In this document: positions 1 through 10,058 of the stretch, piece by piece
Numbering within the stretch: the stretch's first letter is position 1
Layout: every line of letters begins with the position of its first letter
Origin: an uncultured delta proteobacterium
GTDB taxonomy: Bacteria; Desulfobacterota; Binatia; UBA9968
NCBI GenBank assembly: GCA_963804165.1
Contig: CAWDPO010000016.1
Span: 32,001 to 96,000 of the forward strand
Direction of reading: 5' to 3'
DNA: 64,000 bases
Program-made: the position numbers and the translations under genes
The notes under the pieces: generated by a model
Seen by the model: only the letters and a program-made list of their open reading frames with translations
Database searches by the model: none
What the model was told of the DNA's origin: nothing

Positions 1-701
1 TGCTGCCGCTGGCGCATCTGTTGGCGAGCTTTCCTGATTCCACCGTCGCGCTGTTCCCGTCCGATCATTTTGTCGCACGAGAGGAATTATTCATGACCCA
101 CGTCGACGCGGCGTTCGGCATCGTCGAACGGGACGTCGCCAAGATCATCTTGGTCGGTATCCCGCCGACTTCAGCAGAATCTGATTACGGTTACATCGTT
201 CCCGCGGAAGTTCGGTCCAACGCGTTTCCTTGCGGCACGCGAGTGGTGCGCGAGTTTATCGAAAAACCGGAGCCCATCGTTGCGCGCAAAATCGTCGCGG
301 GCGGCGGCCTGTGGAACACACTTGTCATGGTCTTCAACGCCAAGACTCTGCTGCGCTATATGCGCGGGGTTCAGCCGAAGTTGTACGAAGGCTTCCGGCG
401 CCTGCGCGACGCCGTGGGCACAAATAAATTCAAGCCCGTGATCGAAAAGGTTTACCAGCAAGCGCAGCCCGTGAACTTGTCGAAAGGTTTTCTAGAAGCA
501 TTGCCGAAACGTTATCCGTCGCAGCTGCTGGTTTTGCCCGCTCGCGGCGTTTACTGGTGCGACTGGGGCTCGGAAGAACGCATCGTCAAAGCCTTACGAG
601 AAGATCCGCCCGTGGATCGGCCGAGAGAAACTACCGAAACCCACTATAACGCGGCCCTAAAGCCGAAAGTGAGGAGCATCGCCTGTGTTTCCGGAAAATG
701 A
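1..701 (+). CDS. Sugar-phosphate nucleotidyltransferase (mannose-1-phosphate guanylyltransferase-like), 5'-truncated by window edge
   Basis: Motifs FPSDH, GIPPTSAESDYGYI, FIEKP, LWNT and WCDWG match the ManC/NTP-transferase family. Confidence 0.8.
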   Translation, partial: LPLAHLLASFPDSTVALFPSDHFVAREELFMTHVDAAFGIVERDVAKIILVGIPPTSAESDYGYIVPAEVRSNAFPCGTRVVREFIEKPEPIVARKIVAGGGLWNTLVMVFNAKTLLRYMRGVQPKLYEGFRRLRDAVGTNKFKPVIEKVYQQAQPVNLSKGFLEALPKRYPSQLLVLPARGVYWCDWGSEERIVKALREDPPVDRPRETTETHYNAALKPKVRSIACVSGK

Positions 702-777
702 TCTTGACGAACAAACATTGGACAGCGAACGAGAAAGATTTCTATCCGCAGGAAATCAGGAAACGCGGCGCAATACG

Positions 778-1833
778 ATGCTCCCGCTCAACTGTTCAAT
801 AAGCGGTTTGCCCGTGAGCTCAACGCCCTCAGCCCGCTTTTCGGCGGCAAGTTTCACCGCCACGGCGGGATTGGGTAGCGACGTCGCCGAAGCCATGGAT
901 CGGCCGAGATTGGCATTCAAGCCGATTCACACGAGCCGCCGAAGAAGAATCATCATCGGCCATGATCTCAAGTGCGGCGGCGATCATGCGGTCAAATCAG
1001 CTTTGGTGTTAGCGGAACAGTGTAAGGCGTCGATCCGCTTGGTCCACGTCGTCAACCCGCGTGATCATTTCCACGCGCCCACTCTGCCAACAGGCCGGCG
1101 GCATGTCATGGAAGAGCTAGTCGCCAAAGCCGGTGGGGACTTGGAGCAGGTCGTCGCCAGCCACAGGGCCACGCCTGTGCCCATTGATTATGAAGTACGC
1201 GTCGGCAAACCCTCGATCGAGCTCATTCTTGCAGGCAGAGCCTGGCAGTGTGATCTGATGATTATCGGCGCGCCCGCCCGGCAATCGATTCATTTATTAA
1301 AAAGCACTGCCGAAAGACTCGTTCGCATGGCGTTCGTTCCGGTGCTCGTGGCCCGCGAGGCGTTGAGCCGCCGACCCGAAAGATTCTTGATACCGACGGA
1401 TTTTTCGCCCGCGGCGCGCAAGGCCGCAGCGGAGGGTGTGGCTCTCGCAAAATGTTTTGGCGCACGGGTGATCTTCCTGCACGTGTTCGATCCGACACCT
1501 TGGTATAGCTGCCCGTACGCTGATGAGATGGTGGGACCGATGATGATTCCCGAGCTCCAACCACCTGATCTCAAGCAGGAGTGGTCGACATTTCTTCGCG
1601 GTTTGTCTCTGGACTCGCTGGCGTGGCAAACCTGCATCGAGGAAGGACTCCCTGGAACAGCGATTGTGCGCTATGCGGAGGCAATGGGCGCGGATATGAT
1701 CGTCATGGCGACGCAGGGCAAAACTGGCTTGGAACAGATCCTACTGGGCAATGTGGCAGAAGCTGTTGTGCGCGACGCCTCTTGTCCCGTGTTAACTCTA
1801 AAGCCCGATGCGTGTCATTTTCAGGTCGGGTAA
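778..1833 (+). CDS. Universal stress protein with tandem USP domains (start uncertain: 685, 778 or 895)
   Basis: Two USP repeats: IIIGHD...LVHVV...DLMIIG...VPVLV and IPTDFS...LHV...DMIVMATQGKTG...LGNVAEAVVRDASCPVL. Confidence 0.85.
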   Translation: MLPLNCSISGLPVSSTPSARFSAASFTATAGLGSDVAEAMDRPRLAFKPIHTSRRRRIIIGHDLKCGGDHAVKSALVLAEQCKASIRLVHVVNPRDHFHAPTLPTGRRHVMEELVAKAGGDLEQVVASHRATPVPIDYEVRVGKPSIELILAGRAWQCDLMIIGAPARQSIHLLKSTAERLVRMAFVPVLVAREALSRRPERFLIPTDFSPAARKAAAEGVALAKCFGARVIFLHVFDPTPWYSCPYADEMVGPMMIPELQPPDLKQEWSTFLRGLSLDSLAWQTCIEEGLPGTAIVRYAEAMGADMIVMATQGKTGLEQILLGNVAEAVVRDASCPVLTLKPDACHFQVG

Positions 1834-2126
1834 ACATCCAAACATCCGGAACGCCCAGCGCATTCGATCCGGCGAATTTGTGCCGGTCGTGGAACTGCCT
1901 AGTGCCAAGCTTTGGTTTGCCGGAGCAACTTCGGTCAGGAGCTAGGGATCTTGTCCGAAAACGGGCTCGGGTTCGCGGCGAGCCCATGATTTGAATGAAG
2001 CGATCTTTCAACGTCGACTTGTGAAATTTTACAACAGTCAACAATAAGGTAACACACAGGGATGGATCGGCGCGTAGTTCCCACGCGTCGCTCAGTCATT
2101 TCTTAGTTCGGCAAGGAGACACAATC

Positions 2127-2669
2127 ATGAGCGCGAGTAAAATACGCATGAGTACGTTAGTCGGCGCGGCCTTGCTGTTCAGCCTGATATCGACGGCAAA
2201 TGCACAGGAGCGAGCACACGCCGATCTCAAGAACGCCGACGGGAAAACCGTCGGTACCGCGACGTTGCGTCAAACCAAAGAAGGCGTTTCGATCTCGATA
2301 CAGATAAAGGACCTTGCGCCGGGCCTACACGCGGTGCACATCCACTCGATTGGCAAGTGCGAGGGGCCCGCCTTCGCAAGCGCCGGCGGCCATTTCAATC
2401 CGCTGAACATGAAACACGGGCTCAAAAGCCCAGACGGACCGCATGCCGGCGATCTGCCTGACCTTTACGTCAACAAAGACCACGAGGGACGTTATCAGGT
2501 CTTGATCCAGAGCGTGACTCTCGACGCGGGAAAATTGTCTATCGATGATTCCGACGGAAAATCGATAGTCATTCACGCCACGGCCGACGACAACCTCACC
2601 GATCCCGCCGGCAATTCCGGTGACAGGATCGCCTGCGGCGTGATTGCGAAGGGATCTGGAAAAAAGTAA
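2127..2669 (+). CDS. sodC: Periplasmic Cu/Zn superoxide dismutase
   Basis: Signal peptide; [28 protein letters not shown] and [12 protein letters not shown] motifs; AAGGAG RBS. Confidence 0.92.
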   Translation: MSASKIRMSTLVGAALLFSLISTANAQERAHADLKNADGKTVGTATLRQTKEGVSISIQIKDLAPGLHAVHIHSIGKCEGPAFASAGGHFNPLNMKHGLKSPDGPHAGDLPDLYVNKDHEGRYQVLIQSVTLDAGKLSIDDSDGKSIVIHATADDNLTDPAGNSGDRIACGVIAKGSGKK

Positions 2670-2768
2670 ACAGAGAATTTTGTACTGCACGGAGCCACGC
2701 TGCGGGTTCGTGTAAGTTTCCGATCGGGAGTCAACTCGATGAGGAAGGACACTCTCGACGGAGAAGCG

Positions 2769-2810
2769 TGGTGCGCCCGACAGGAATCGAACCTGTACTT
2801 AGGGTTCCGG
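2769..2810 (-). repeat. att-like duplicate of the 3' half of tRNA-Arg(CCG)
   Basis: 42 bp matching 5268-5309 at 41 positions, running from the anticodon loop to CCA. Confidence 0.92.
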
Positions 2811-3277
2811 CGTGATTCCAGGGGCTGCAAACCTACCGTAGTACTTCAAGCCCCATTGTTCGCGCAGTTTTTCTAAGGACAGCCCAGTCAACGTTTCTAT
2901 CGCCTTTAGTGCAGCCTCCGCCTCTCAGACACCACCCTCTGGAATGGAATGAATTATAGCAGGAACAGCTGAAGAATCTCCGAGGACCGAAATTGCGGGC
3001 AAAAGCTGTCCACTAACACTTTTTTCGTCCGCCGAGCCATAATTAGGTAAGGCAGCGCTCTTTAACCACCGTGCCTTGCAAGACTACTTGCGGCCCAACT
3101 CTCATTAAGAAATAAGGATCTGTAAGAAGGGTTGCTAAGTGATCAAGCGCATGAGGCTCTTTGGCTGCCCCTATAAACTGGCAGCCATCATCGCCCTATA
3201 TTCCTCTATTCCTGGGAGTACTGGCTCAGAACTGTCGACAAGACATTTCAGCCCAGCTTCAAAATGAGGTCGTGCGA

Positions 3278-3518
3278 TCAGGGATGGGGTGTGATGTTAA
3301 GGAGATAATAAGTATCGCCCCTGATTTGAAAATAAAAACGCCACGCCCTATCGATGCGAGCTTGCCAGATATTGCGCGCTTGGTCGTACTTTTTGGCTCG
3401 TAAGGAGGGATGACGAAGATTTTCAAGTAGGAACTGAACTTGTTTCTCAACGAGTCTCTGAACTCTTGCGGGAGTCTTGTCCCAACTTTTCAAGAAGCGG
3501 AGAATAGTCAAGACGCAT
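3278..3518 (-). CDS. RelE/ParE-like toxin; 5' end apparently frameshifted
   Basis: FLKSW...LENLRHPSLRAKKY...IWQARIDRAWRFYF...ITPHP; the ATG overlapping the antitoxin stop (TGATG, MRLDYS) is one base out of frame with the body. Confidence 0.65.
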
Positions 3519-3787
3519 CAAGAGGCTTTTTTCTTAAGTCTCTTTGCCTCTCGATTGAGCGAACGAACAAGTTCGTTCGCGGAGCTAAAAGGCCCGAAAG
3601 TTTTCTTTTGCTCGATTTCTTTGAGCGCTTGCGCCAATTCTCGATCGAGCACGCTCTTCGGAGTGAGGGTAATTTTCTTTCCTTCGACTTTAGCCTCTAG
3701 AAGGTCTCCTACTTCTAAACCAGCTTTTTCTCGCAGAGCGGCTGGAAGGGTAACCTGGTACTTTTCTTTGATTTTAACAAGCGCCAT
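3518..3787 (-). CDS. AbrB/MazE/SpoVT-family antitoxin
   Basis: VKIKEKYQVTLPAALREKAGLEVGDLLEAKVEGKKITLTP is a swapped-hairpin domain; lies directly upstream of the toxin. Confidence 0.88.
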   Translation of the reverse strand: MALVKIKEKYQVTLPAALREKAGLEVGDLLEAKVEGKKITLTPKSVLDRELAQALKEIEQKKTFGPFSSANELVRSLNREAKRLKKKAS

Positions 3788-4088
3788 GTAGGGTGATGCT
3801 CCTTCAGTTAGAAAGTTGGAAAATCCAACATCCTAGAGGCTACATGATGCATATGCTGGCGTCAACTTCGCGGTCACGCGTCGCTCGCACCAAATTCGCC
3901 GTGTTTAATGCCACAGAATGCGTAGCGATGAAAAAAACTCTAGCACCGACTTTCCACTCAGATTTGGTGTTGTAGCGCTCATTCAGGCGAATTTCGCACG
4001 ATGTTGTAGATGGACATATCTCCAAACTGAATGGGCAAGTCAGCGACTCATGAGTTCACGCTGGGATTATTCGTTAGCATCGCGAGCC

Positions 4089-5108
4089 CTAAACGGCGTC
4101 TGCGAGCCTGAATAACAAGGCTTCCGTTTCCTCGAATCCAAGACATGCATCCGTGATGCTCTGACCGTAGGTTACGGGTGCATTCTGACGTCCAGCGACA
4201 AGGTTGCTCTCGAGCATCAGCGCTCGAATGGGTGAAACTCCCAGGTTTCCCATGATCGCGTCCGCCACGTCGATCTGCCGGGCCGCATCTTTCTCGCTGT
4301 TACCGTGGCTGCAGTCCACCATGAGGACCTCGGGAAGCTCGGCTGCGCGAAGCAGTCGAACCGCGCTTTCGATGGAGGCGGCATCGAAGTTGGGCCCGGT
4401 CTCACTACCACCGCGGAGCACGAGATGAGCGTAGGGATTGCCGGTGGTTTCCAGGATGGCAGGGGCGCCCTCCTTGGTGAGAGACGGAAAAAGGTGTCGG
4501 CTGCGCGCGGCCAGTATCCCGTCCACAGCCACCTGGACGTTACCGTCTGTGCGGTTCTTGATGCCGACCGGCATCGACAAACCCGACGCCAGCTCTCGGT
4601 GTATTTGGCTCTCCGCGGTGCGGGCCCCGATCGCCCCCCAGCTGATGAGGTCGGCATAGAACTGGCCAAAGGTCGTATCGAGAAACTCAGTCCCGGCGGG
4701 AACCCCCAGCTCCAGAATATCGGCGAGTAATTGCCGAGCCAGGCGCAGGCCCTTGTTGATGTGGTAGGACTCGTCTAGATCCGGATCGTTGATGAGTCCC
4801 TTCCATCCCACGACCGTTCGCGGCTTTTCGAAGTAGACGCGCATGACAACGAGAAGCGCATCGGATAGCGCGTCGGCGATCGGTTTGAGTTTGGTTGCGT
4901 ACTCGAGGGCGGCCTTGGTGTCGTGGACGGAACAAGGCCCGACGACCACGAGGAGCCGCGCATCCTTGCCGTCGAGAATCGCCTCGATCGCTCGGCGCGC
5001 CTCATAGACTCTTGTTGACGCGGTTTCGGTGAGAGGGATCTCCTCAGCGAGTATGGCCGGCGCGAGCAGTGGCCGGGTTTTGACGATGCGTAGATCGTCA
5101 GTTTTCAT
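4089..5108 (-). CDS. aroG: 3-deoxy-7-phosphoheptulonate (DAHP) synthase, class I-alpha (AroG/AroF type)
   Basis: DDLRI, VVGPCSVHD, RVYFEKPRT..GWKGLINDP, WGAIGARTAESQIHRELASGLS, DCSHGNS, YGQSITDACLG. Confidence 0.93.
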   Translation of the reverse strand: MKTDDLRIVKTRPLLAPAILAEEIPLTETASTRVYEARRAIEAILDGKDARLLVVVGPCSVHDTKAALEYATKLKPIADALSDALLVVMRVYFEKPRTVVGWKGLINDPDLDESYHINKGLRLARQLLADILELGVPAGTEFLDTTFGQFYADLISWGAIGARTAESQIHRELASGLSMPVGIKNRTDGNVQVAVDGILAARSRHLFPSLTKEGAPAILETTGNPYAHLVLRGGSETGPNFDAASIESAVRLLRAAELPEVLMVDCSHGNSEKDAARQIDVADAIMGNLGVSPIRALMLESNLVAGRQNAPVTYGQSITDACLGFEETEALLFRLADAV

Positions 5109-5267
5109 ATCCCTCGCAGCGGTAAAGAGGTGAAGATATTTCGTAACAGCCGCGCGTCATCGCCCGCGAAAATCCACGCGGCTGGCGCGGAAGAAAAATT
5201 GGACACCGATCCCACATTTGCATCAAGAGTATCCGAGTACGGGAAAATATGGAAATGCTTACAGCGG

Positions 5268-5342
5268 TGGCGCGCCCGACAGGAATCGAACCTGTACTTA
5301 GGGTTCCGGAGACCCTCGTGATATCCTTTTCACTACGGGCGC
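5268..5342 (-). tRNA. tRNA-Arg(CCG)
   Basis: GCGCCCG acceptor stem, anticodon arm AGGGT-CTCCGGA-ACCCT, T arm ACAGG-TTCGATT-CCTGT, encoded CCA. Confidence 0.95.
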
Positions 5343-5373
5343 GTGGATAGTTTCTCTATCATCGGGTCGTCGA

Positions 5374-6183
5374 TCAGTCAACGTGCGTTCCGGCTACGGC
5401 GTTGGCAACTCGCACCATTTCGTCGTGGATGAAACCATTCGTCGCCAATGTTTCTTGGCCCCAGATCGTAAATGGCTTGCCGGAAAAATCGCTGAGCTTG
5501 CCGCCGGCTTCCGTAACAATGAGTGCCCCGGCGGCGGTGTCCCAAGGCTTGAGCTTCATTTCCCAGAAACCGTCGAGCCGGCCGCAGGCCACATAGCATA
5601 GATCCAGCGCCGCCGATCCGCCACGGCGGATTCCCTGGCAGCGTGTCATGAACGCTTTGAAGTAACTCAGATAGAAATCGGCAAATTCGCGATGATCGTA
5701 GGGGAACCCGGTGGCGAGCAAGGACTTATCGAGTTCGTTGGCGCTTGACGTCCGAATCGGGCTGCCATCAAGTGTTGCGCCTTGTCCGAGTATTGCTTTG
5801 AAGCATTCGCTTCGGACCGGATCGTAAACCAGTCCCAGGATAATTCGATCGCTGTGTTCGACGGCGATGGAGACGCAAAACTGCGGGTAGCCGTGGGCAA
5901 AGTTTGTCGTGCCATCGAGCGGGTCGATGATCCAGCGATATTCGTCTTGCGCGCCTTGAACGTCGGTTTCTTCTTCTGCCAAGATTGAATGACCGGGAAA
6001 ATGACGCCGGATAACGGCGACGATCTTCCGTTCACTCTCCCGATCCACCGAAGTCACCAAATCGATCGAGCCTTTGTATTCGATGATTTTTGGCTCGTGC
6101 CAGTTTTCGTGCAAGATCTCGCCCGCACTATTTGCCGCTTCCCAAGCGACATTCATGAGCTTTGCAGTATCGGGAAGCGACAT
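5374..6183 (-). CDS. suhB: Inositol monophosphatase
   Basis: DLVT, ILAEE, WIIDPLDGTTNFAHG, GSAALDLCYVACGR, PWDTAAG. Confidence 0.93.
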   Translation of the reverse strand: MSLPDTAKLMNVAWEAANSAGEILHENWHEPKIIEYKGSIDLVTSVDRESERKIVAVIRRHFPGHSILAEEETDVQGAQDEYRWIIDPLDGTTNFAHGYPQFCVSIAVEHSDRIILGLVYDPVRSECFKAILGQGATLDGSPIRTSSANELDKSLLATGFPYDHREFADFYLSYFKAFMTRCQGIRRGGSAALDLCYVACGRLDGFWEMKLKPWDTAAGALIVTEAGGKLSDFSGKPFTIWGQETLATNGFIHDEMVRVANAVAGTHVD

Positions 6184-6234
6184 CAGATGAGTGCTCTTTC
6201 GCAAATGCGGCACGCCTATGTTACCTAATGACGC

Positions 6235-7095
6235 GTGAGGATTCGAGCGCCGGCGAAAATCAATTTATCTTTGCGCGTAATCGGCAAGCGTCGGGACGGT
6301 TATCATCTGCTCGACACAGTGATGGTTCCGGTTTCTCTCTATGATGTGATCGAGATCCGCAAATTGAAAAAACCGTCGAAGCCCGCCGGCACGCGGATCA
6401 CGATCAGCTGCGATCATCCGTTGGTGCCCCGCGGCGAGAAGAATATCGTCTATGGCGCTGCGCGGATGTTGATGCAACAGGCCGGCGCGGATCAACCAAT
6501 TCACATTCAGATCCGCAAGCGCATCCCGGTTGGGGCTGGCTTGGGCGGCGGGAGCACGGACGCGGCGGCGACTTTGATCGGCTTGAACCGGCTGTTTAAA
6601 CTTCACTTGACGGAGACTCGGTTGGAAAAATTGGCGCTATCCCTCGGGGCCGATGTGCCGTTCTTTATTCGCGGTCGCCCGGCGCGAGCGCGCGGCATCG
6701 GCGAGCGATTGCGATCGCTGCGTGGCCTAGCGAATTTGTGGCTGGTCATAATCTATCCCGGCTTTCCGGTCTCGACTGCTTGGGCGTACCAAAATCTACG
6801 CATAAAGTTGACAAAACCTATTGTAAATACTAGCATTGCGACTTCGTTAAAGAGTCTGGATAAACTCGCTGGTCTGCTCGTGAATGACCTGGAAAGCGTG
6901 ACCCTCGATAGGTATCCTAAAATTCGCTCACTCAAGGAGAAACTATTGCGCGCAGGGGCCTTAGGGGGTTTAATGTCGGGTAGCGGCTCATCTGTATTCG
7001 GTGTATTTGAGTCGAAGGGAATGGCGCAAAGAGCCTATAACACGTTGCGGCATGAGGAGGGGGTTCAAGCATTTTTAGTCCGTATGCTGAGTTAG
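6235..7095 (+). CDS. ispE: 4-diphosphocytidyl-2-C-methyl-D-erythritol kinase
   Basis: APAKINL, DGYHLL, KRIPVGAGLGGGSTDAA, LGADVPFF, NDLE, MSGSGS. Confidence 0.96.
   Translation: MRIRAPAKINLSLRVIGKRRDGYHLLDTVMVPVSLYDVIEIRKLKKPSKPAGTRITISCDHPLVPRGEKNIVYGAARMLMQQAGADQPIHIQIRKRIPVGAGLGGGSTDAAATLIGLNRLFKLHLTETRLEKLALSLGADVPFFIRGRPARARGIGERLRSLRGLANLWLVIIYPGFPVSTAWAYQNLRIKLTKPIVNTSIATSLKSLDKLAGLLVNDLESVTLDRYPKIRSLKEKLLRAGALGGLMSGSGSSVFGVFESKGMAQRAYNTLRHEEGVQAFLVRMLS
6808..6836 (+). promoter_or_regulatory. Putative sigma70 promoter inside ispE
   Basis: TTGACA-17 bp-TAGCAT, upstream of spoVG/tRNA-Gln/prs. Confidence 0.6.
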
Positions 7096-7164
7096 ACGTT
7101 CAGTCGAAATAGCCTAAAGTAACCGCCAGCGAAGCAACTGGCTCGTCTCAAGTTGGGGGTCCCT

Positions 7165-7452
7165 ATGCAGGTTACCGAGGTTAGGGTCTTTCCTGTCGAT
7201 GAAGATAAACTCAGGGCTTACGTTACGATCACCCTCGATCATTGCTTTGTGATCCGGGACCTAAAAATTATTCATGGGGCGACCGGGTATTTTGTCTCGA
7301 TGCCGAGTAAAAAGCGCAAGGACGGAACCTATAAGGATATCGCTCATCCGATCAATAACGAGACACGGCGGATGATCGAAGAAAAAATCATCGCGGAATA
7401 TCAAAAGGTTCTCGCCGAGGGGGGAAGTCCCAAAGCGCTTGATCATGACTGA
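7165..7452 (+). CDS. spoVG: SpoVG septation/nucleic-acid-binding protein
   Basis: MQVTEVRV, LRAYVTITLD, FVSMPS, YKDIAHPIN. Confidence 0.95.
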   Translation: MQVTEVRVFPVDEDKLRAYVTITLDHCFVIRDLKIIHGATGYFVSMPSKKRKDGTYKDIAHPINNETRRMIEEKIIAEYQKVLAEGGSPKALDHD

Positions 7453-7501
7453 GTCGATATTTCGCGCGACCGAGTGACCTTCTTTCGCGGAGGTTCGGGG
7501 A

Positions 7502-7575
7502 TGGGCGGTCGCCAAGCGGTAAGGCCCCGGCCTTTGGAGCCGGTATCGAAGGTTCGAATCCTTCCCGCCCAGCCA
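7502..7575 (+). tRNA. tRNA-Gln(TTG)
   Basis: TGGGCGG acceptor, CCGGC-CTTTGGA-GCCGG anticodon arm, GGTTCGAATCC, CCA end; usual ispE-tRNA-Gln-prs synteny. Confidence 0.96.
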
Positions 7576-7624
7576 GTTTCCAGCGAAGAAAACTGGTCCA
7601 GATTTTAATTTTGGAATTTTAAGT

Positions 7625-7658
7625 GAGCGCCGTTCGCAAGGAACGGCGCTCGTTGTTT
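7625..7658 (+). terminator. Hairpin, probable intrinsic terminator after tRNA-Gln
   Basis: GAGCGCCGTTC-GCAAG-GAACGGCGCTC followed by GTTGTTT. Confidence 0.6.
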
Positions 7659-7756
7659 CGCTGAATTGAGAGGCGCGTGTTCCAACTTGGGAAGTGGTGG
7701 GTTCTAGCGGTCAAAATCGTTTGACGAAGACCTGAGGGCGACTCAACGTCGAAAAT

Positions 7757-8710
7757 ATGTCGCAACACGATGCGGAATTAAAAATATTCGCCGGTAATTC
7801 GAATCCGCCTTTGGCGGCGGAGATCAGCCAGTATCTCAAGGTGCCTCTGGGGAAAGCCACCGTGGATACTTTCAGCGACGGCGAGAGCAAGGTTGAGATC
7901 AAAGAAAACGTTCGCGGCGCGGACGTCTTCGTATTGCAATCGACTTCGTCGCCGGGCAACAACAATTTGATGGAACTCCTGCTCATGTTGGACGCGTTCA
8001 AGCGCGCCTCCGCGATGCGCATCACCGCCGTGATGCCGTATTATGGATACGCGCGTCAGGACCGCAAAGTGGTTCCGCGAGTGCCGATCAGCGCCAAGCT
8101 GGTCGCCGACCTGATCACGACTGCGGGGGCGTCGCGCATGCTCACACTCGATCTGCATTCCGGGCAGATTCAAGGATTTTTCGACATCCCCGTCGACAAC
8201 GTCTATGCCACCCCGGTGCTGCTCGACTATCTTAGGAAGCAATTGAATCATAACGAGGTGACCATCGTCTCTCCCGACGCCGGCGGCGTGGAGCGGGCGC
8301 GCGCCATCGCGACCCGGCTGGATGCGTCGCTGGCAATCATCGACAAACGGCGCGTCGGCCCGAATGTCGTCGCCGAGATGAACATTATCGGCGAGGTCGC
8401 CGATCGGGTAGCCATTCTAGTGGACGATATGGTTGATACCGCGGGGACGCTGACGATGGCCGCCGAAGCGCTCAAGCGAGAGGGTGCGAAGAGAATTCTT
8501 GGCTGTTGTACGCATCCGGTTTTGTCGGGCCCGGCGATCAAACGCATCGAAGAGTGCCCGCTGGAAGAATTAATCGTCACCAATACTATTCCGTTAGGTC
8601 CTCAGGCCCAGGGCTGCGGCAAGATCAAAACGCTGTCGGTGGCGCACCTGCTCGGCGAAGCGATTCGCCGCACCCATGAAGAGGAATCCATCAGCTCATT
8701 GTTCGTCTAG
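7757..8710 (+). CDS. prs: Ribose-phosphate pyrophosphokinase
   Basis: [49 protein letters not shown]. Confidence 0.97.
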   Translation: MSQHDAELKIFAGNSNPPLAAEISQYLKVPLGKATVDTFSDGESKVEIKENVRGADVFVLQSTSSPGNNNLMELLLMLDAFKRASAMRITAVMPYYGYARQDRKVVPRVPISAKLVADLITTAGASRMLTLDLHSGQIQGFFDIPVDNVYATPVLLDYLRKQLNHNEVTIVSPDAGGVERARAIATRLDASLAIIDKRRVGPNVVAEMNIIGEVADRVAILVDDMVDTAGTLTMAAEALKREGAKRILGCCTHPVLSGPAIKRIEECPLEELIVTNTIPLGPQAQGCGKIKTLSVAHLLGEAIRRTHEEESISSLFV

Positions 8711-8729
8711 TTCGAGGAGGTAGATTTCC

Positions 8730-9386
8730 GTGGAAACTCTAGAAATTCATGCCGATGCTCGGGAGAAAAAGAAAAAGCGCGATGCCAAACGATTACTGCG
8801 CGGCGGGAAAATCCCGGGTATCCTTTACGGGCCCAAAATGCAGTCCGTAGCCCTTGAATTCGACAAACGCGAGTTTTCCAAGCGGATAGCGGGTTTGGAA
8901 GGTTCGCATCTGGTTCGCCTGAAGTCGGCGACGGCGTCGCTGGCTGACAAAGTGGCGCTGGTAAAGGACATGCAATACCATCCGATCAGCGGTGACGTCA
9001 TCCACGCGGATTTATACGAGGTCGATTTAACGGCTAAGATCACAGTCCATGTGCCATTACACTTTGTCGGTAAAGCTGCAGGCGTCGTTCGCGGCGGTAT
9101 TCTCCAGCCGATTCTTCGTGAGATCGAAGTCGAGTGTTTGCCGCTCGATATTCCCGAATTTTTCAACGTCGATGTGAGCGCGTTGGACATCGGTGACTCC
9201 GTGCACATCGAAGACCTCACCATGCCGGAGGGCGTTGCCGTTATTTCGGAGTCTAACTTTGCGTTGGTCGCTGTTGTGCCGCCGACTGTTGAAGAAGCTC
9301 CAGCCGCGGCAGCCGCTGCGCCTGTCGAGGGAGCGGAAGCCGTGACTGCGGCGCCAGAGGCGCCGGCGAAGGAAGACGAATCCTAA
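8730..9386 (+). CDS. rplY: 50S ribosomal protein L25/Ctc
   Basis: IPGILYG, QYHPISGDVIHADL, GVVRGGIL; follows prs. Confidence 0.95.
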   Translation: METLEIHADAREKKKKRDAKRLLRGGKIPGILYGPKMQSVALEFDKREFSKRIAGLEGSHLVRLKSATASLADKVALVKDMQYHPISGDVIHADLYEVDLTAKITVHVPLHFVGKAAGVVRGGILQPILREIEVECLPLDIPEFFNVDVSALDIGDSVHIEDLTMPEGVAVISESNFALVAVVPPTVEEAPAAAAAAPVEGAEAVTAAPEAPAKEDES

Positions 9387-9421
9387 CCGACTGCCCTATC
9401 CTGGCTCGTGGAAATTGATCG

Positions 9422-9988
9422 ATGAAGTTGATCGTCGGTCTGGGCAATCCCGGGAAGCCGTACGAACGCACGCGGCATAATTTGGGATTTTTGGTTGTCG
9501 AGCGGCTCGCGGTGAAAAATAAGATTGAGCTGTTGACTAAGCGTTGCGAATCGTTGGTCGGCGCATGGTCTTACGCCGGAGAAGAGATCATTCTCGCTAA
9601 ACCGCAAACCTTCATGAACCGAAGCGGGTCGGCGGTGGAATGTCTTCTCAGAGATTATCAAGGTTCGTTGGACGATTTGGCGGTGATCTATGACGATTTG
9701 GATCTGCCCTTCGGGCGTCTGCGGATCCGTCCGGGTGGCAGCGCCGGCGGTCACCGCGGCATGCTCTCGATCACGGAACGAACGGCGGGGGCTTCGTTCA
9801 ATCGAGTGCGCGTGGGAATAGGCCGTCCGTCCGAGGGAATGGATCCCGCGGATTATGTTTTGTCGCCGTTCAGCGCACTGGAACTGGACGAGTTAAGCGC
9901 CGTCATTGACCGCGCCGCGGACGCGGTGATGTCGCTGGTGCGGGACGGCGCCGAAAGGGCGATGGCATGCTTTAACCAGGCGCGCTGA
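9422..9988 (+). CDS. pth: Peptidyl-tRNA hydrolase
   Basis: LIVGLGNPG, TRHNLGF, KPQTFMNRSG, GSAGGHRG. Confidence 0.96.
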   Translation: MKLIVGLGNPGKPYERTRHNLGFLVVERLAVKNKIELLTKRCESLVGAWSYAGEEIILAKPQTFMNRSGSAVECLLRDYQGSLDDLAVIYDDLDLPFGRLRIRPGGSAGGHRGMLSITERTAGASFNRVRVGIGRPSEGMDPADYVLSPFSALELDELSAVIDRAADAVMSLVRDGAERAMACFNQAR

Positions 9989-10058
9989 GGCGCTACGTCG
10001 CGTTGTAAAGGCAAGGGGGCTATGCTAGAAAACACAGTTTATCGTGGAGGATCATACT

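Larger units (their letters stand above)
2769..5309. mobile_element. tRNA-Arg-anchored genomic islet (~2.5 kb, no integrase)
   Basis: Flanked by the 42-bp tRNA direct repeat; contains an AT-richer TA pair and a DAHP synthase. Confidence 0.75.

Noticed and set aside
613-909. 14-bp direct repeat TGGATCGGCCGAGA at 613 and 896
   Set aside because: Short, GC-rich and within coding sequence; nothing mobile lies between the copies.
2020-2035. Near-palindrome TTGTGAAATTTTACAA upstream of sodC as a Rex or CRP site
   Set aside because: Spacing fits neither consensus and it occurs only once, so it cannot be assigned.
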